A stretch of 64,000 nucleotides of DNA from an uncultured Clostridia bacterium. Its GTDB lineage: Bacteria; Bacillota; Clostridia; Peptostreptococcales; Anaerovoracaceae. Both the position numbers and the translations under genes were made by a program. Where the stretch lies: NCBI GenBank assembly GCA_937900415.1, contig CALCEY010000011.1, positions 1,265 through 65,264 on the forward strand, given 5' to 3'. Below the pieces are notes generated by a model that worked only from the letters and a program-made list of their open reading frames with translations, searched no databases and had not been told where the DNA came from. Within the stretch, counting starts at the first letter, position 1; each line of letters opens with the position of its first letter. This document shows positions 1-8,393 of this stretch, piece after piece.

Positions 1-93
1 CAGGGAGAGCAAGTCGTAATAGGCGGCAACGATATGTATGTGTCGCTTTGCAGAAAGCATTACAATGACGGAAGGCTCGGAGAAAACAAGTAG
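1..93 (+). CDS. 3' end of an upstream gene (last 30 codons only; product not assignable)
   Basis: Frame 1 is open from the window edge to TAG at 91-93 (..[30 protein letters not shown]). Too short to identify. Confidence 0.3.
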   Translation, partial: QGEQVVIGGNDMYVSLCRKHYNDGRLGENK

Positions 94-124
94 CCTTAGG
101 AGAATATGAAAAGGGGCGCACAAA

Positions 125-2101
125 GTGGACAATTGCAGAAAGAAACATAATTTAATATTGATAGTGGTGATTTCAGCAATTTTAATTATTGCTTCGATAG
201 TAGTCGCAAACGATGCTTTCGGCGCTACGAAAGCCACAGTAATAGACCCTCTGGGACTTAATGTCCGTTCAGGGCCGGGGACATCCTATAACATAGTATC
301 CGCTATTCCGTACGGAGGTACTTTTAATATATTGGCGACGACGCAGGATAAAAACGGAGAAGACTGGTACAAAATATCGGTAAACGGCATTCAGGGGTAT
401 GTCAAGGCGAATCCAAAATGGATAAAGATAGAAGAGGACGTCGATTATATATACGACGCGGATTTTGAAAAGTATCTGACCGCCCAGGGGTTCCCCGAAA
501 GCTACAAGGATTATCTGAGGAAGCTTCATACGATGCATCCCAACTGGGTGTTCAAAGCTCAGAAAACGGGACTTGTTTGGAACGATGTAATAGGAAAAGA
601 AAGCGTAGTGGGAAGAAATCTGATACATAAAAGCTTCCCGGATTCGTGGAAATCCAAGGAATACGGAGCTTATAACCCTGATACCGGAGAATACGTAATT
701 TTTGACAGCGGAGGATACGTATCCGCTTCGGAATCAATAATCAAATATTATATGGATCCGAGAAATTTTCTCGATGAAAGCGGCGTATTCCAGTTTATGT
801 CTCATTCATACGATTCAGCCACGCAGACAAAATCAGGTCTTCAGACGCTGGTAGCAGGAACTTTCCTTGCGAGCACATTCCCGGAGAAGAACGAAAAATA
901 TCCGTCCTATTCCGATGTCATCATGGATGCAGGCAAGCAAGCCAAAGCCAACCCTTACGTCCTGGCTTCGATGATATTGCTTGAGCAGGGACGCGACGGA
1001 AGAGGAGGAAGCATATCCGGCAAGGTTTCGGGGTATGAAGGATATTATAATTTCTTTAATATAAACGCCTATAAGGCCAATGGTGTTGACGCCGTTACCA
1101 ACGGTCTTAAGTATGCAAAGAAGCAGGGCTGGAGCACAAGAACTAAATCTATATTGGACGGCGCGGCTTTTTATGCCAAGCAGTACATAAACAACAATCA
1201 GAATACTCAGTATCTGAAAAAGTTCAACGTCATGAACGGTTTGTCAAACGTGGCAACTCATCAGTATATGACCAATGTCAGGGGAGCGGCTGACGAGGCT
1301 GCAACTCTGAAAAAGGGATATGAGTCAATTTTAAATACAGCGCTGACATTCAATATACCTGTATACAACAACATGCCTGACACGGCATGTCCGCAGCCCG
1401 GAAACGGCAATAACGACTATTTCCTGAAATCGCTGTCTGTAGCAGGTTATGACTTAACCCCTGCATTTAACATGTATACATCTAATTACGAGCTTGTAGT
1501 TCCAAGCGACACATCTTACATAGATGTTTCGGCAGCTGCAAGGGATTCGGGAGCTAAGGTTTCCGGTGCAGGAAAAGTCACTCTTACGGGAAATGTAACC
1601 AAGGTTACCATAACGGTGACATCGTCAAGTGGAGAAACTAAGAAATATTATATCACCGTAGCCAGAGAGACAAGCTCAGATGTGAAGCCTGTAAGCTCAA
1701 AATATAAGGTGGGCACATATATAACCGGCGTTGACTTAAACACGTCTGTGTCTGCCTTCAAGGCAAACATCAGCGCTCCGAGCGGATACACGATGAAAAT
1801 CACCAATTCTTCAGGTAAAGAAGTTTCATCCGGGAATATCGGAACAGGTATGAAGGTAGTGATTTATAAAGGAAGCTCCGCCGTGAGCAGCACTCAGATA
1901 GCTATTAAGGGGGATACCAGCGGCGACGGAAAGCTTTCGTCCGTCGACATACTTATGGCTCAAAGATACGTTATAAATACGTACAGCCTAAGCGGAGCAT
2001 ATCACAAGGGAGCCGATATTAACGGCGACGGAAAGATTTCATCGGTTGACATACTGATGATGCAAAGACATGCCATAGGAACGTATACTATCAAAAACTA
2101 A
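125..2101 (+). CDS. Secreted SH3b / glucosaminidase (GH73-like) peptidoglycan hydrolase with cadherin-like beta-sandwich and C-terminal dockerin
   Basis: GTG start after an AAAGGGG RBS. N-terminal signal/anchor LILIVVISAILIIASIVVA. SH3b-like LNVRSGPGTSYNIV..WYKISVNGIQGYV. Glucosaminidase-like core ASMILLEQGRDG..YYNFFNINAY. Cadherin-like LKSLSVAGYDLTPAFNMYTSNYEL. Duplicated dockerin Ca-loop/helix GDTSGDGKLSSVDILMAQRYV and DINGDGKISSVDILMMQRHA. Confidence 0.75.
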   Translation: MDNCRKKHNLILIVVISAILIIASIVVANDAFGATKATVIDPLGLNVRSGPGTSYNIVSAIPYGGTFNILATTQDKNGEDWYKISVNGIQGYVKANPKWIKIEEDVDYIYDADFEKYLTAQGFPESYKDYLRKLHTMHPNWVFKAQKTGLVWNDVIGKESVVGRNLIHKSFPDSWKSKEYGAYNPDTGEYVIFDSGGYVSASESIIKYYMDPRNFLDESGVFQFMSHSYDSATQTKSGLQTLVAGTFLASTFPEKNEKYPSYSDVIMDAGKQAKANPYVLASMILLEQGRDGRGGSISGKVSGYEGYYNFFNINAYKANGVDAVTNGLKYAKKQGWSTRTKSILDGAAFYAKQYINNNQNTQYLKKFNVMNGLSNVATHQYMTNVRGAADEAATLKKGYESILNTALTFNIPVYNNMPDTACPQPGNGNNDYFLKSLSVAGYDLTPAFNMYTSNYELVVPSDTSYIDVSAAARDSGAKVSGAGKVTLTGNVTKVTITVTSSSGETKKYYITVARETSSDVKPVSSKYKVGTYITGVDLNTSVSAFKANISAPSGYTMKITNSSGKEVSSGNIGTGMKVVIYKGSSAVSSTQIAIKGDTSGDGKLSSVDILMAQRYVINTYSLSGAYHKGADINGDGKISSVDILMMQRHAIGTYTIKN

Positions 2102-2112
2102 AAGGGGTGAAT

Positions 2113-3306
2113 ATGAAAAAGAGAATTCTTTTATTGACTTTAAATGTATTGCTTGTTGGATTTATAATGAGCTTTTCCGGGGCTTTCGCCTCTTCGGCGA
2201 GCCTCAGCATTTCCGGCGGGGGAACATATAACGTCGGCGACACTGTTAGAGTAACCTTTACCCTGTCAGGAAAAGACTTGGGAAATGCAACAGTTGATAT
2301 AAAATATGATTCCGGCGTACTTCAATATACGGGAGGTTCCGGCGGCACATTGCCGCCGTCTGCTTCAGGTCTCATTAAAGCAAACTTAGGAGACGGAAAT
2401 GCGAGGTCCTCCTTTACGGTAACTCTTAATTTTAAAGCTTTAAAGTCAGGAACTTCAACTGTAAGCGTCAATCCGTTTGACATATCGGATTACAACTTTA
2501 ACGCTGTATCCTGTTCGGCTCAGAGTACATCCGTAACGGTAAAAAACGTATCCGCATCTGCTTCAGGCAACGCCAACCTCGCCAGCCTGAAGGTTTCGGC
2601 AGGCCGCCTTTCGCCGGCTTTTTCACCGAACACCACCTCCTATAATGTGAATGTGGGAAATGAAGTTACGGTTTGTACGGTGAGTGCGAGCACGGCCGAT
2701 TCCGGAGCTAAATGGAGCATTACAGGCTCCTCCGGCCTATCTGTGGGAAAAAACACGAGAAAGATAACCGTAACGGCGGCCAACGGCGCCACTAAGGTTT
2801 ATACCTTGAATATTTACAGAGCCGAGGAGGACAGCGGCGACGGCGAAGATGAAGATAATGAAGATAATAAGAATGAACGTCCGGACGAGCTGAAGGTGAC
2901 GGTAGGCGATAAGGAATACATAGTCGTTGAGAATTTCGGAGATAAAGATGTTCCGAAAGGTTTTGCCATGGGCGTAGTTAAGCTGGGAGAGTATGAAGTC
3001 CCGGGCTTTACGGATAAAAATCTCAAATATACTCTTGTTTTGCTCAAGGACGGAGAAACGGGCGATGAGAAATGGTTTTTCTATAACGAAGAAAAGGGAG
3101 AATTTCTGACTACCGTCGAGCTGACGCCGGAGGATATAATAGCTTATGAAGAAGCTGCTGAAAAGGCAGGCAGGGAAGCCGATGATTCCGAAGAAAAGGG
3201 AATAAAGACAGAAACGATTTTGCTCGCAGCTCTCGGCGTTACCGGAGCGGCGCTGCTGGGCGTTGTAATCGCTTTGCAGATTAAACTGATAAAGAGTAAG
3301 AGATAA
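2113..3306 (+). CDS. Cohesin-domain protein with cadherin-like domain, acidic linker and C-terminal membrane anchor
   Basis: ATG at 2113 lies 5-6 nt after AAAGGGG (the ORF track starts at GTG 2107). Signal peptide ILLLTLNVLLVGFIMSFSGAFA. Cohesin-like beta-sandwich pattern (SISGGGTYNVGDTVRVTFTLSG..VDIKYDSGVLQY..FTVTLNFKALKSGTSTVSV). Cadherin-like NLASLKVSAGRLSPAFSPNTTSYNVNV. D/E-rich linker. C-terminal TM ILLAALGVTGAALLGVVIALQI followed by KLIKSKR. Confidence 0.6.
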   Translation: MKKRILLLTLNVLLVGFIMSFSGAFASSASLSISGGGTYNVGDTVRVTFTLSGKDLGNATVDIKYDSGVLQYTGGSGGTLPPSASGLIKANLGDGNARSSFTVTLNFKALKSGTSTVSVNPFDISDYNFNAVSCSAQSTSVTVKNVSASASGNANLASLKVSAGRLSPAFSPNTTSYNVNVGNEVTVCTVSASTADSGAKWSITGSSGLSVGKNTRKITVTAANGATKVYTLNIYRAEEDSGDGEDEDNEDNKNERPDELKVTVGDKEYIVVENFGDKDVPKGFAMGVVKLGEYEVPGFTDKNLKYTLVLLKDGETGDEKWFFYNEEKGEFLTTVELTPEDIIAYEEAAEKAGREADDSEEKGIKTETILLAALGVTGAALLGVVIALQIKLIKSKR

Positions 3307-3321
3307 TAGTTACTGAATATG

Positions 3322-3364
3322 AAAGCTGCTGTATTGATTATCTCAAGATACAGCAGCTTTTTTA
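3322..3364 (+). terminator. Rho-independent terminator after the cohesin gene
   Basis: 13-bp perfect stem: aaagctgctgtat (3322-3334) pairs with atacagcagcttt (3348-3360). A T-run follows. Confidence 0.75.
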
Positions 3365-3426
3365 GTATTTAAAATTAAAGATATATGAAAAGATTTTATG
3401 ATTAAATTGATTTTAATAAAGAAATT

Positions 3427-3447
3427 AAAAATTGACGAAAAATTGAC
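3427..3447 (+). promoter_or_regulatory. Direct repeat AAAAATTGAC x2 (11-bp period) upstream of the response-regulator gene; candidate OmpR-family operator or promoter
   Basis: aaaaattgac at 3427-3436 and again at 3438-3447. The identical 10-mer recurs at 5381-5390 upstream of the ABC ATPase gene. Confidence 0.4.
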
Positions 3448-3495
3448 TTTTTTCTGATATAAAGTTGCTATTTCATTGATAAGGAGTGAAAACCA

Positions 3496-4176
3496 TTGAA
3501 AGAGAAGTTTAAAATTTTAATTGTTGATGATGAACAGTGCATTTTAGATATGTTGAAACTACAACTCGAATTTGAGGGATATACCGTTTACGTTGCCGAT
3601 AACGCAAAAGAGGCTTTGGATAAATTGTCCTACTCGCCAGATATAATTTTATTAGACATCAATATGGCTGGTATGAATGGCTTGGACTTATGTGTATCTA
3701 TTCGTGATTTTATCTCTTGTCCGATTATTTTTCTTACTGCCAGAGTATCAGAACAGGATAAAATCAATGGACTTATGGCTGGCGGAGATGATTATATTAC
3801 AAAGCCTTTTTCAGTAAATGAATTGTTGGCAAGAATTTCTGCACACTTACGGCGTGAACAAAGAAGTCATAATAAGACGAAAAGCAAATTTTCAGAAGAA
3901 CTTGTTATTGACTATTCGGATAGAAGCCTTTACATCAAAGGAAACAAAATTGAATTATCAAATAAAGAATTTGAAATTATACAATTACTATCTTCAAATG
4001 CAGGACAGGTTTTTGACAGAGAAAAAATTTATGAATGTATATGGGGCATTGACGGCAATGGAGATAGCGTTGTTATTAAAGAACATATACGAAAAATAAG
4101 GCTGAAATTTAGTGAATTTACAGATAAAGCATATATTACTACGGTTTGGGGAGTTGGATATAAATGGGAAAAATAA
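3496..4176 (+). CDS. OmpR/PhoB-family response regulator
   Basis: TTG start 9 nt after AAGGAG. Receiver motifs ILIVDDE, DIILLDINMAGMNG, KPF. Winged-helix C-terminus LSNKEFEIIQLL..TVWGVGYKW. Confidence 0.9.
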   Translation: MKEKFKILIVDDEQCILDMLKLQLEFEGYTVYVADNAKEALDKLSYSPDIILLDINMAGMNGLDLCVSIRDFISCPIIFLTARVSEQDKINGLMAGGDDYITKPFSVNELLARISAHLRREQRSHNKTKSKFSEELVIDYSDRSLYIKGNKIELSNKEFEIIQLLSSNAGQVFDREKIYECIWGIDGNGDSVVIKEHIRKIRLKFSEFTDKAYITTVWGVGYKWEK

Positions 4177-5366
4177 AAGAAACTTTTCAAAAAATGTCAT
4201 TAAAAAAATCTCTCATAATATTAACGGTGTTTTGTCTTAGTCTGGTTGGTGTATTTTCGAGTGCTACAATATTGAAATGTTCAGATATTAGGCAGGAAAT
4301 ACTTGATACCAGACCTATTATTATTACCGGATATACAACAGATAATATACATGAACATAATACAGAAACAGAAAGCGGAATGATCGTTACACCAAAGATA
4401 TATACGCATGGAGAACTTTCAAAAGAAAATCAAGTCTATTATTGGTGTATTACTATTCTTATGGTGTCTTTACCCATGGCATATATTATATTCGCTTCTT
4501 TTATGGCAGCTAAATTATATTACAAATGGAAATTACAGATACCGCTTGAGCATCTGAAAAATGGTATGGATCACATCTCGCAGCAGGATTTAGATTTTCG
4601 TATACAGTATTCGTCTAATGATGAACTGGGGCAGCTATGTGATACATTTGAACATATGAAGAATGAGATTTATAAAAGCAACCGTAAAATGTGGGATATG
4701 CTACAGGAAAGAAAAGCTCTGACTGCTTCTGTTTCACATGATTTAAGAACACCGATCACGGTTATCAATGGTTATCTTGATTATTTGGAAAAATCAATCG
4801 AAAGAGATACTCTTTCAAATGACACTTTGCAGACAACGATTAAAAATATGACAGAAGCTGTTGAGCGATTAAAGCGATATGTAGAGTGTGTGAAAGATAT
4901 ACAGAAAATAGAGGATATCGAAATTAGACAAGAGAATTGCAATTTGAAAGAACTTATTTCCAACGTAACAAGAGAATTTTCTATCTTAGCAATGCAGAAA
5001 AACAGGGAGCTTGTCATACAAGATTATTCAAAGTCTGTTTGCATATCAACGGATAAGGCTATGTTGTTAAAAATTTTAGAGAATATTTTTGATAACGCAC
5101 TCCGTTTCTCGCATGAAAAAATTATATTTTCGATTGAAGAAAAAAAAGAATATTTGTATTTTTCCATGCAGGACGACGGCATAGGGTTTACAACAGAGGA
5201 ATTAAAATCAGCAACTTCTTTCTTTTTCAGCTCGTCTACAAACGGTGGAAACTTTGGTATAGGCTTATCAATTTGTAAAATACTTTGCGAAAAATTGGGT
5301 GGGGATATGTGTTTAGATAATACCGCTGAACACGGAGCTAATATTACCATTCGGATAAAAGAATAA
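4164..5366 (+). CDS. Sensor histidine kinase (two TM segments, short extracytoplasmic loop)
   Basis: The start overlaps the RR stop. H-box SVSHDLRTPITVINGYL. N box DNALRFS. G boxes DDGIGF and GIGLSICK. TM segments at about aa 15-35 and 95-120. Confidence 0.9.
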   Translation: MGKIKETFQKMSLKKSLIILTVFCLSLVGVFSSATILKCSDIRQEILDTRPIIITGYTTDNIHEHNTETESGMIVTPKIYTHGELSKENQVYYWCITILMVSLPMAYIIFASFMAAKLYYKWKLQIPLEHLKNGMDHISQQDLDFRIQYSSNDELGQLCDTFEHMKNEIYKSNRKMWDMLQERKALTASVSHDLRTPITVINGYLDYLEKSIERDTLSNDTLQTTIKNMTEAVERLKRYVECVKDIQKIEDIEIRQENCNLKELISNVTREFSILAMQKNRELVIQDYSKSVCISTDKAMLLKILENIFDNALRFSHEKIIFSIEEKKEYLYFSMQDDGIGFTTEELKSATSFFFSSSTNGGNFGIGLSICKILCEKLGGDMCLDNTAEHGANITIRIKE

Positions 5367-5380
5367 TCAAAAACTTTTCT

Positions 5381-5390
5381 AAAAATTGAC
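5381..5390 (+). promoter_or_regulatory. Third copy of the AAAAATTGAC motif, between the kinase gene and the ABC operon
   Basis: Exact 10-mer identical to the two copies at 3427-3447. It is preceded by a degenerate half copy, aaaacttttct. Confidence 0.35.
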
Positions 5391-5406
5391 TTTTATATGA
5401 AATAAT

Positions 5407-5437
5407 CTCCTTACAGAAGATGTAAGGAGGTTTTTTT
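5407..5437 (+). terminator. Terminator-like hairpin whose 3' arm contains the ABC ATPase Shine-Dalgarno
   Basis: Perfect 9-bp stem: ctccttaca (5407-5415) pairs with tgtaaggag (5421-5429), with loop gaaga. Then G + T7, immediately followed by ATG at 5438. The AAGGAGG RBS lies inside the stem. Confidence 0.55.
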
Positions 5438-6313
5438 ATGGAAATTAAGATTGAACACTTGAATAAAAATTATGGGAAACAATGTGCCTTAAAGGATATA
5501 TCATTACATATCCCTGTCGGTATGTATGGTCTATTAGGAGAAAACGGAGCTGGCAAAACAACGCTTATGCGTATATTGGCTACATTGTTAGAGTCAACAA
5601 CGGGAACGGTAGAAATCAATGGAATTGATATAAAAAGAAAAAAAGAAATCAGAAAAATAATCGGCTATCTCCCACAGGAATTTTCTGTATATCCTAATAT
5701 GACGGTTTATTCTGCTTTAGATTATCTTGGAATTTTAGCGGAACTTCCAAAGGATATTCGTAAAAGCCGTATCAATGAGCTTTTAAAGCAAGTGAATTTA
5801 GAGCAAGAGAAAAATAAACGATTTAAAAATTTATCTGGTGGTATGAAACGCCGTTTTGGTATTGCACAGGCATTATTGAGTAACCCTAAAATTTTAATCA
5901 TTGACGAGCCAACGGCGGGGCTTGACCCGGAAGAAAGATTACGCTTTTATAATCTTCTTTCTGAATTGGCAATGGAACGGATTATCTTATTATCTACGCA
6001 TATAGCAAGTGATATTGAAGCCACTTGCTCTAAAGTAGCTGTTTTATCTGCTGGAACTGTTATTTTTGAAGGACAAATAGAGAATTTGTTACAACTTGGA
6101 GCTGGAAAGGTCTATACTGCTACGATTATGCAAAATGAATTAAATCAGTTCAAAAAGAAATACCGTGTTATCAGTATTCATCAAAATGGAACAGATATAT
6201 CCTGTCGTTTTTTAGCAAACACTTCTCCGGAAAGGGATTGGGTTTCTTGTCAACCTACGATAGAGGACAGTTATATGTATCTTTTATCAAGTTTTAAGCA
6301 GGGGGTGGAATAA
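5438..6313 (+). CDS. ABC transporter ATP-binding protein (ABC-2/DrrA-like)
   Basis: Walker A GENGAGKTT, signature LSGGMKRR, Walker B ILIIDEPTAGLD, H-loop STHIA. Confidence 0.9.
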   Translation: MEIKIEHLNKNYGKQCALKDISLHIPVGMYGLLGENGAGKTTLMRILATLLESTTGTVEINGIDIKRKKEIRKIIGYLPQEFSVYPNMTVYSALDYLGILAELPKDIRKSRINELLKQVNLEQEKNKRFKNLSGGMKRRFGIAQALLSNPKILIIDEPTAGLDPEERLRFYNLLSELAMERIILLSTHIASDIEATCSKVAVLSAGTVIFEGQIENLLQLGAGKVYTATIMQNELNQFKKKYRVISIHQNGTDISCRFLANTSPERDWVSCQPTIEDSYMYLLSSFKQGVE

Positions 6314-7708
6314 ATGCTGTTTATTAAGGAATTAAAAAAGATTTGTTTTAGTTTTGTATATGTACTGTTTATTGGGCTGTTGCTTTTTAGTTGGCATGAA
6401 AATTTTTACGGTGTAACAACAAAAGAAATAACTGGTTCACAAGGAAATGATGTATCTATTTCTTCCAGGCTGACTGGCGGTTCGATTTTAGAAAAACCAA
6501 AGAAAGAAGCAGAAAGCTATGGAATGAAAAATAAAGAAGTACCAGAAAAAATCATGTGCGGTGGTACTGATAAACTGATTATGGAATATCTTGCAAATTC
6601 CTATGCGACATATCCTTTTAGCTATTATAAGGAAGTAGTTTTAAATGAGAATGAGCAAAAAGAGATTTTAAATATAATCAAAGAAATAACAGGCTTAAAT
6701 GAACAGCAGATCAATAATCTTCCAGATGATTATTTCCCTGCTGTAAATGGAAATGTTATTCATTTTGGCAGTAATGGAACACAAAGTGAAAATGGAACTT
6801 TTACATTTGAAATGGGAAATGAAGAACAGCCAACTGAAAATACTGATTATACAAAACAATTTGTAGTTCAAGTTTCTTATGAGGAATTTCAAGAACTTAT
6901 GAAAAAAGCAGAAAGTATCATTGGAAAAGGGTCTGGCTATTCTATGGAAAACTTATTACAATACTACGGTCTATCAGAAATGACCTATGAAGAAGCAACG
7001 AATGAATATGAAAAGACGATTTATGATGATAAGGTTTCTGCTGCTTTTGCAAGATTGTTTTGTGATTATATGACAAGGGGTTTAGGCTTATATCCCGTGT
7101 TCTTAGCAGTTATCTTTTGGCTAAAGGATAAACAAAATCGTATGAATGAGTTGATTGACTATAAACAGGTTGGAACTGCAAAACTTATTACGATTCGTTT
7201 CTTGGCAATGCTTGTAGCTGTTATGATACCGATAGTTGTTTTGAGCTTCGAGTCGTTAATCCCATTGATTGAATTTTCCGATGATACTGGTATTGCAATA
7301 GACGTTTTTGCTTTTTTGAAATATATTGTTTGGTGGCTATTGCCAACAGCAATGATTGTTACTTCCTTAGGAATGTTTTTGACGATTTTAACATCTACTC
7401 CGATAGCGATTTTAATACAATTTGCATGGTGGTTTATTGATACTTATATGACAGCATTATCGGGCAATACAAAAATATTCACGTTAATGATACGTCATAA
7501 TTTATTACGGGGTTCAGAACTTATCAATCAAGATTTTATTTTGATTTGTTTGAATAGAGGATTGTTTGTGATTTTATCTTTGCTATTGGTAGTCGTATCT
7601 ATCGCAATATATAACAAGAAAAGAGGCGGAAAGTTAAATTATGATTTCTACTTGCAAAAACATTTTGGATTTTTTAAGAATAGATTTACCACTCACATTC
7701 AAAAATAG
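6314..7708 (+). CDS. ABC-2-like permease or membrane protein with a large extracytoplasmic domain
   Basis: ATG directly follows the ATPase stop. One N-terminal TM, about 230 aa of hydrophilic domain, then about 5-6 TM segments (LGLYPVFLAVIFWL.., AMLVAVMIPIVVL.., WWLLPTAMIVTSLGMFLTIL..). Confidence 0.6.
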   Translation: MLFIKELKKICFSFVYVLFIGLLLFSWHENFYGVTTKEITGSQGNDVSISSRLTGGSILEKPKKEAESYGMKNKEVPEKIMCGGTDKLIMEYLANSYATYPFSYYKEVVLNENEQKEILNIIKEITGLNEQQINNLPDDYFPAVNGNVIHFGSNGTQSENGTFTFEMGNEEQPTENTDYTKQFVVQVSYEEFQELMKKAESIIGKGSGYSMENLLQYYGLSEMTYEEATNEYEKTIYDDKVSAAFARLFCDYMTRGLGLYPVFLAVIFWLKDKQNRMNELIDYKQVGTAKLITIRFLAMLVAVMIPIVVLSFESLIPLIEFSDDTGIAIDVFAFLKYIVWWLLPTAMIVTSLGMFLTILTSTPIAILIQFAWWFIDTYMTALSGNTKIFTLMIRHNLLRGSELINQDFILICLNRGLFVILSLLLVVVSIAIYNKKRGGKLNYDFYLQKHFGFFKNRFTTHIQK

Positions 7709-8288
7709 CTTATTGCTGGCGGTTGCTTATACATTCCTTATTCCTGTTATAAGAGGAATTTCTAATTTAGATAATATTCATTCCGCAGATGTATTCGGAC
7801 AATCTTTGACTTTGATTGGGATATTTATTTTAATTCCTATAACCAAACAAGAATTGGAAGTTGCGGTAAAAGAGATAGTTTATACAAAAGCATGGTCATA
7901 TATGAAGAGTGTAAGCATTCGGCTGATATGTAGCTTTCTACTGATTTCAATTATGGTTACAGTATTTGCCGGTATTATGCAACTTCAAAACTGCAATTTC
8001 CCATTTTTAGAATATGTGTCTATAACCGTTTTGTATGCCGTTTTTCTTGGGCTTCTGGGACTTTTTCTTGCACAGGTTGGAAGTAGTGTCATTGTAGGCT
8101 ACTTGACTTCGCTGGGGTATTGGTCTTTCTGTCAATTTAAAATTTTAACAGAAGAAAATATATCATATCTGTTTCCGATTATAAATGGAGAAATAGATAC
8201 AGAGAGATTGCTGATTCTTGTAATAGTAAATATATGCTTATTAGTGCTTTTCTTTTACATAGTAAAAAGGACTAAAGGAAAAGTTTAA
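7641..8288 (+). CDS. Small polytopic membrane protein (second putative permease component)
   Basis: About 6 hydrophobic segments. Same AT-rich composition as its neighbours. The ATG at 7641 overlaps the preceding ORF by 68 nt in another frame, so the start is uncertain. Confidence 0.5.
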   Translation: MISTCKNILDFLRIDLPLTFKNSLLLAVAYTFLIPVIRGISNLDNIHSADVFGQSLTLIGIFILIPITKQELEVAVKEIVYTKAWSYMKSVSIRLICSFLLISIMVTVFAGIMQLQNCNFPFLEYVSITVLYAVFLGLLGLFLAQVGSSVIVGYLTSLGYWSFCQFKILTEENISYLFPIINGEIDTERLLILVIVNICLLVLFFYIVKRTKGKV

Positions 8289-8332
8289 AAAATATGATTT
8301 AAAGGAGATTATCCTAATTGCCGAGGAAAAGA

Positions 8333-8392
8333 AAAGAGCGGGAGAGTTAGGAAAATGAGGTGCGCCTCAGGCTCCGATACTCCCGCTCTTTT
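8333..8392. terminator. Long-loop hairpin between convergent genes (possible bidirectional terminator)
   Basis: aaaagagcgggag (8333-8345) pairs with ctcccgctctttt (8380-8392). A-run/T-run flanks. Confidence 0.45.
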
Positions 8393-8393
8393 G

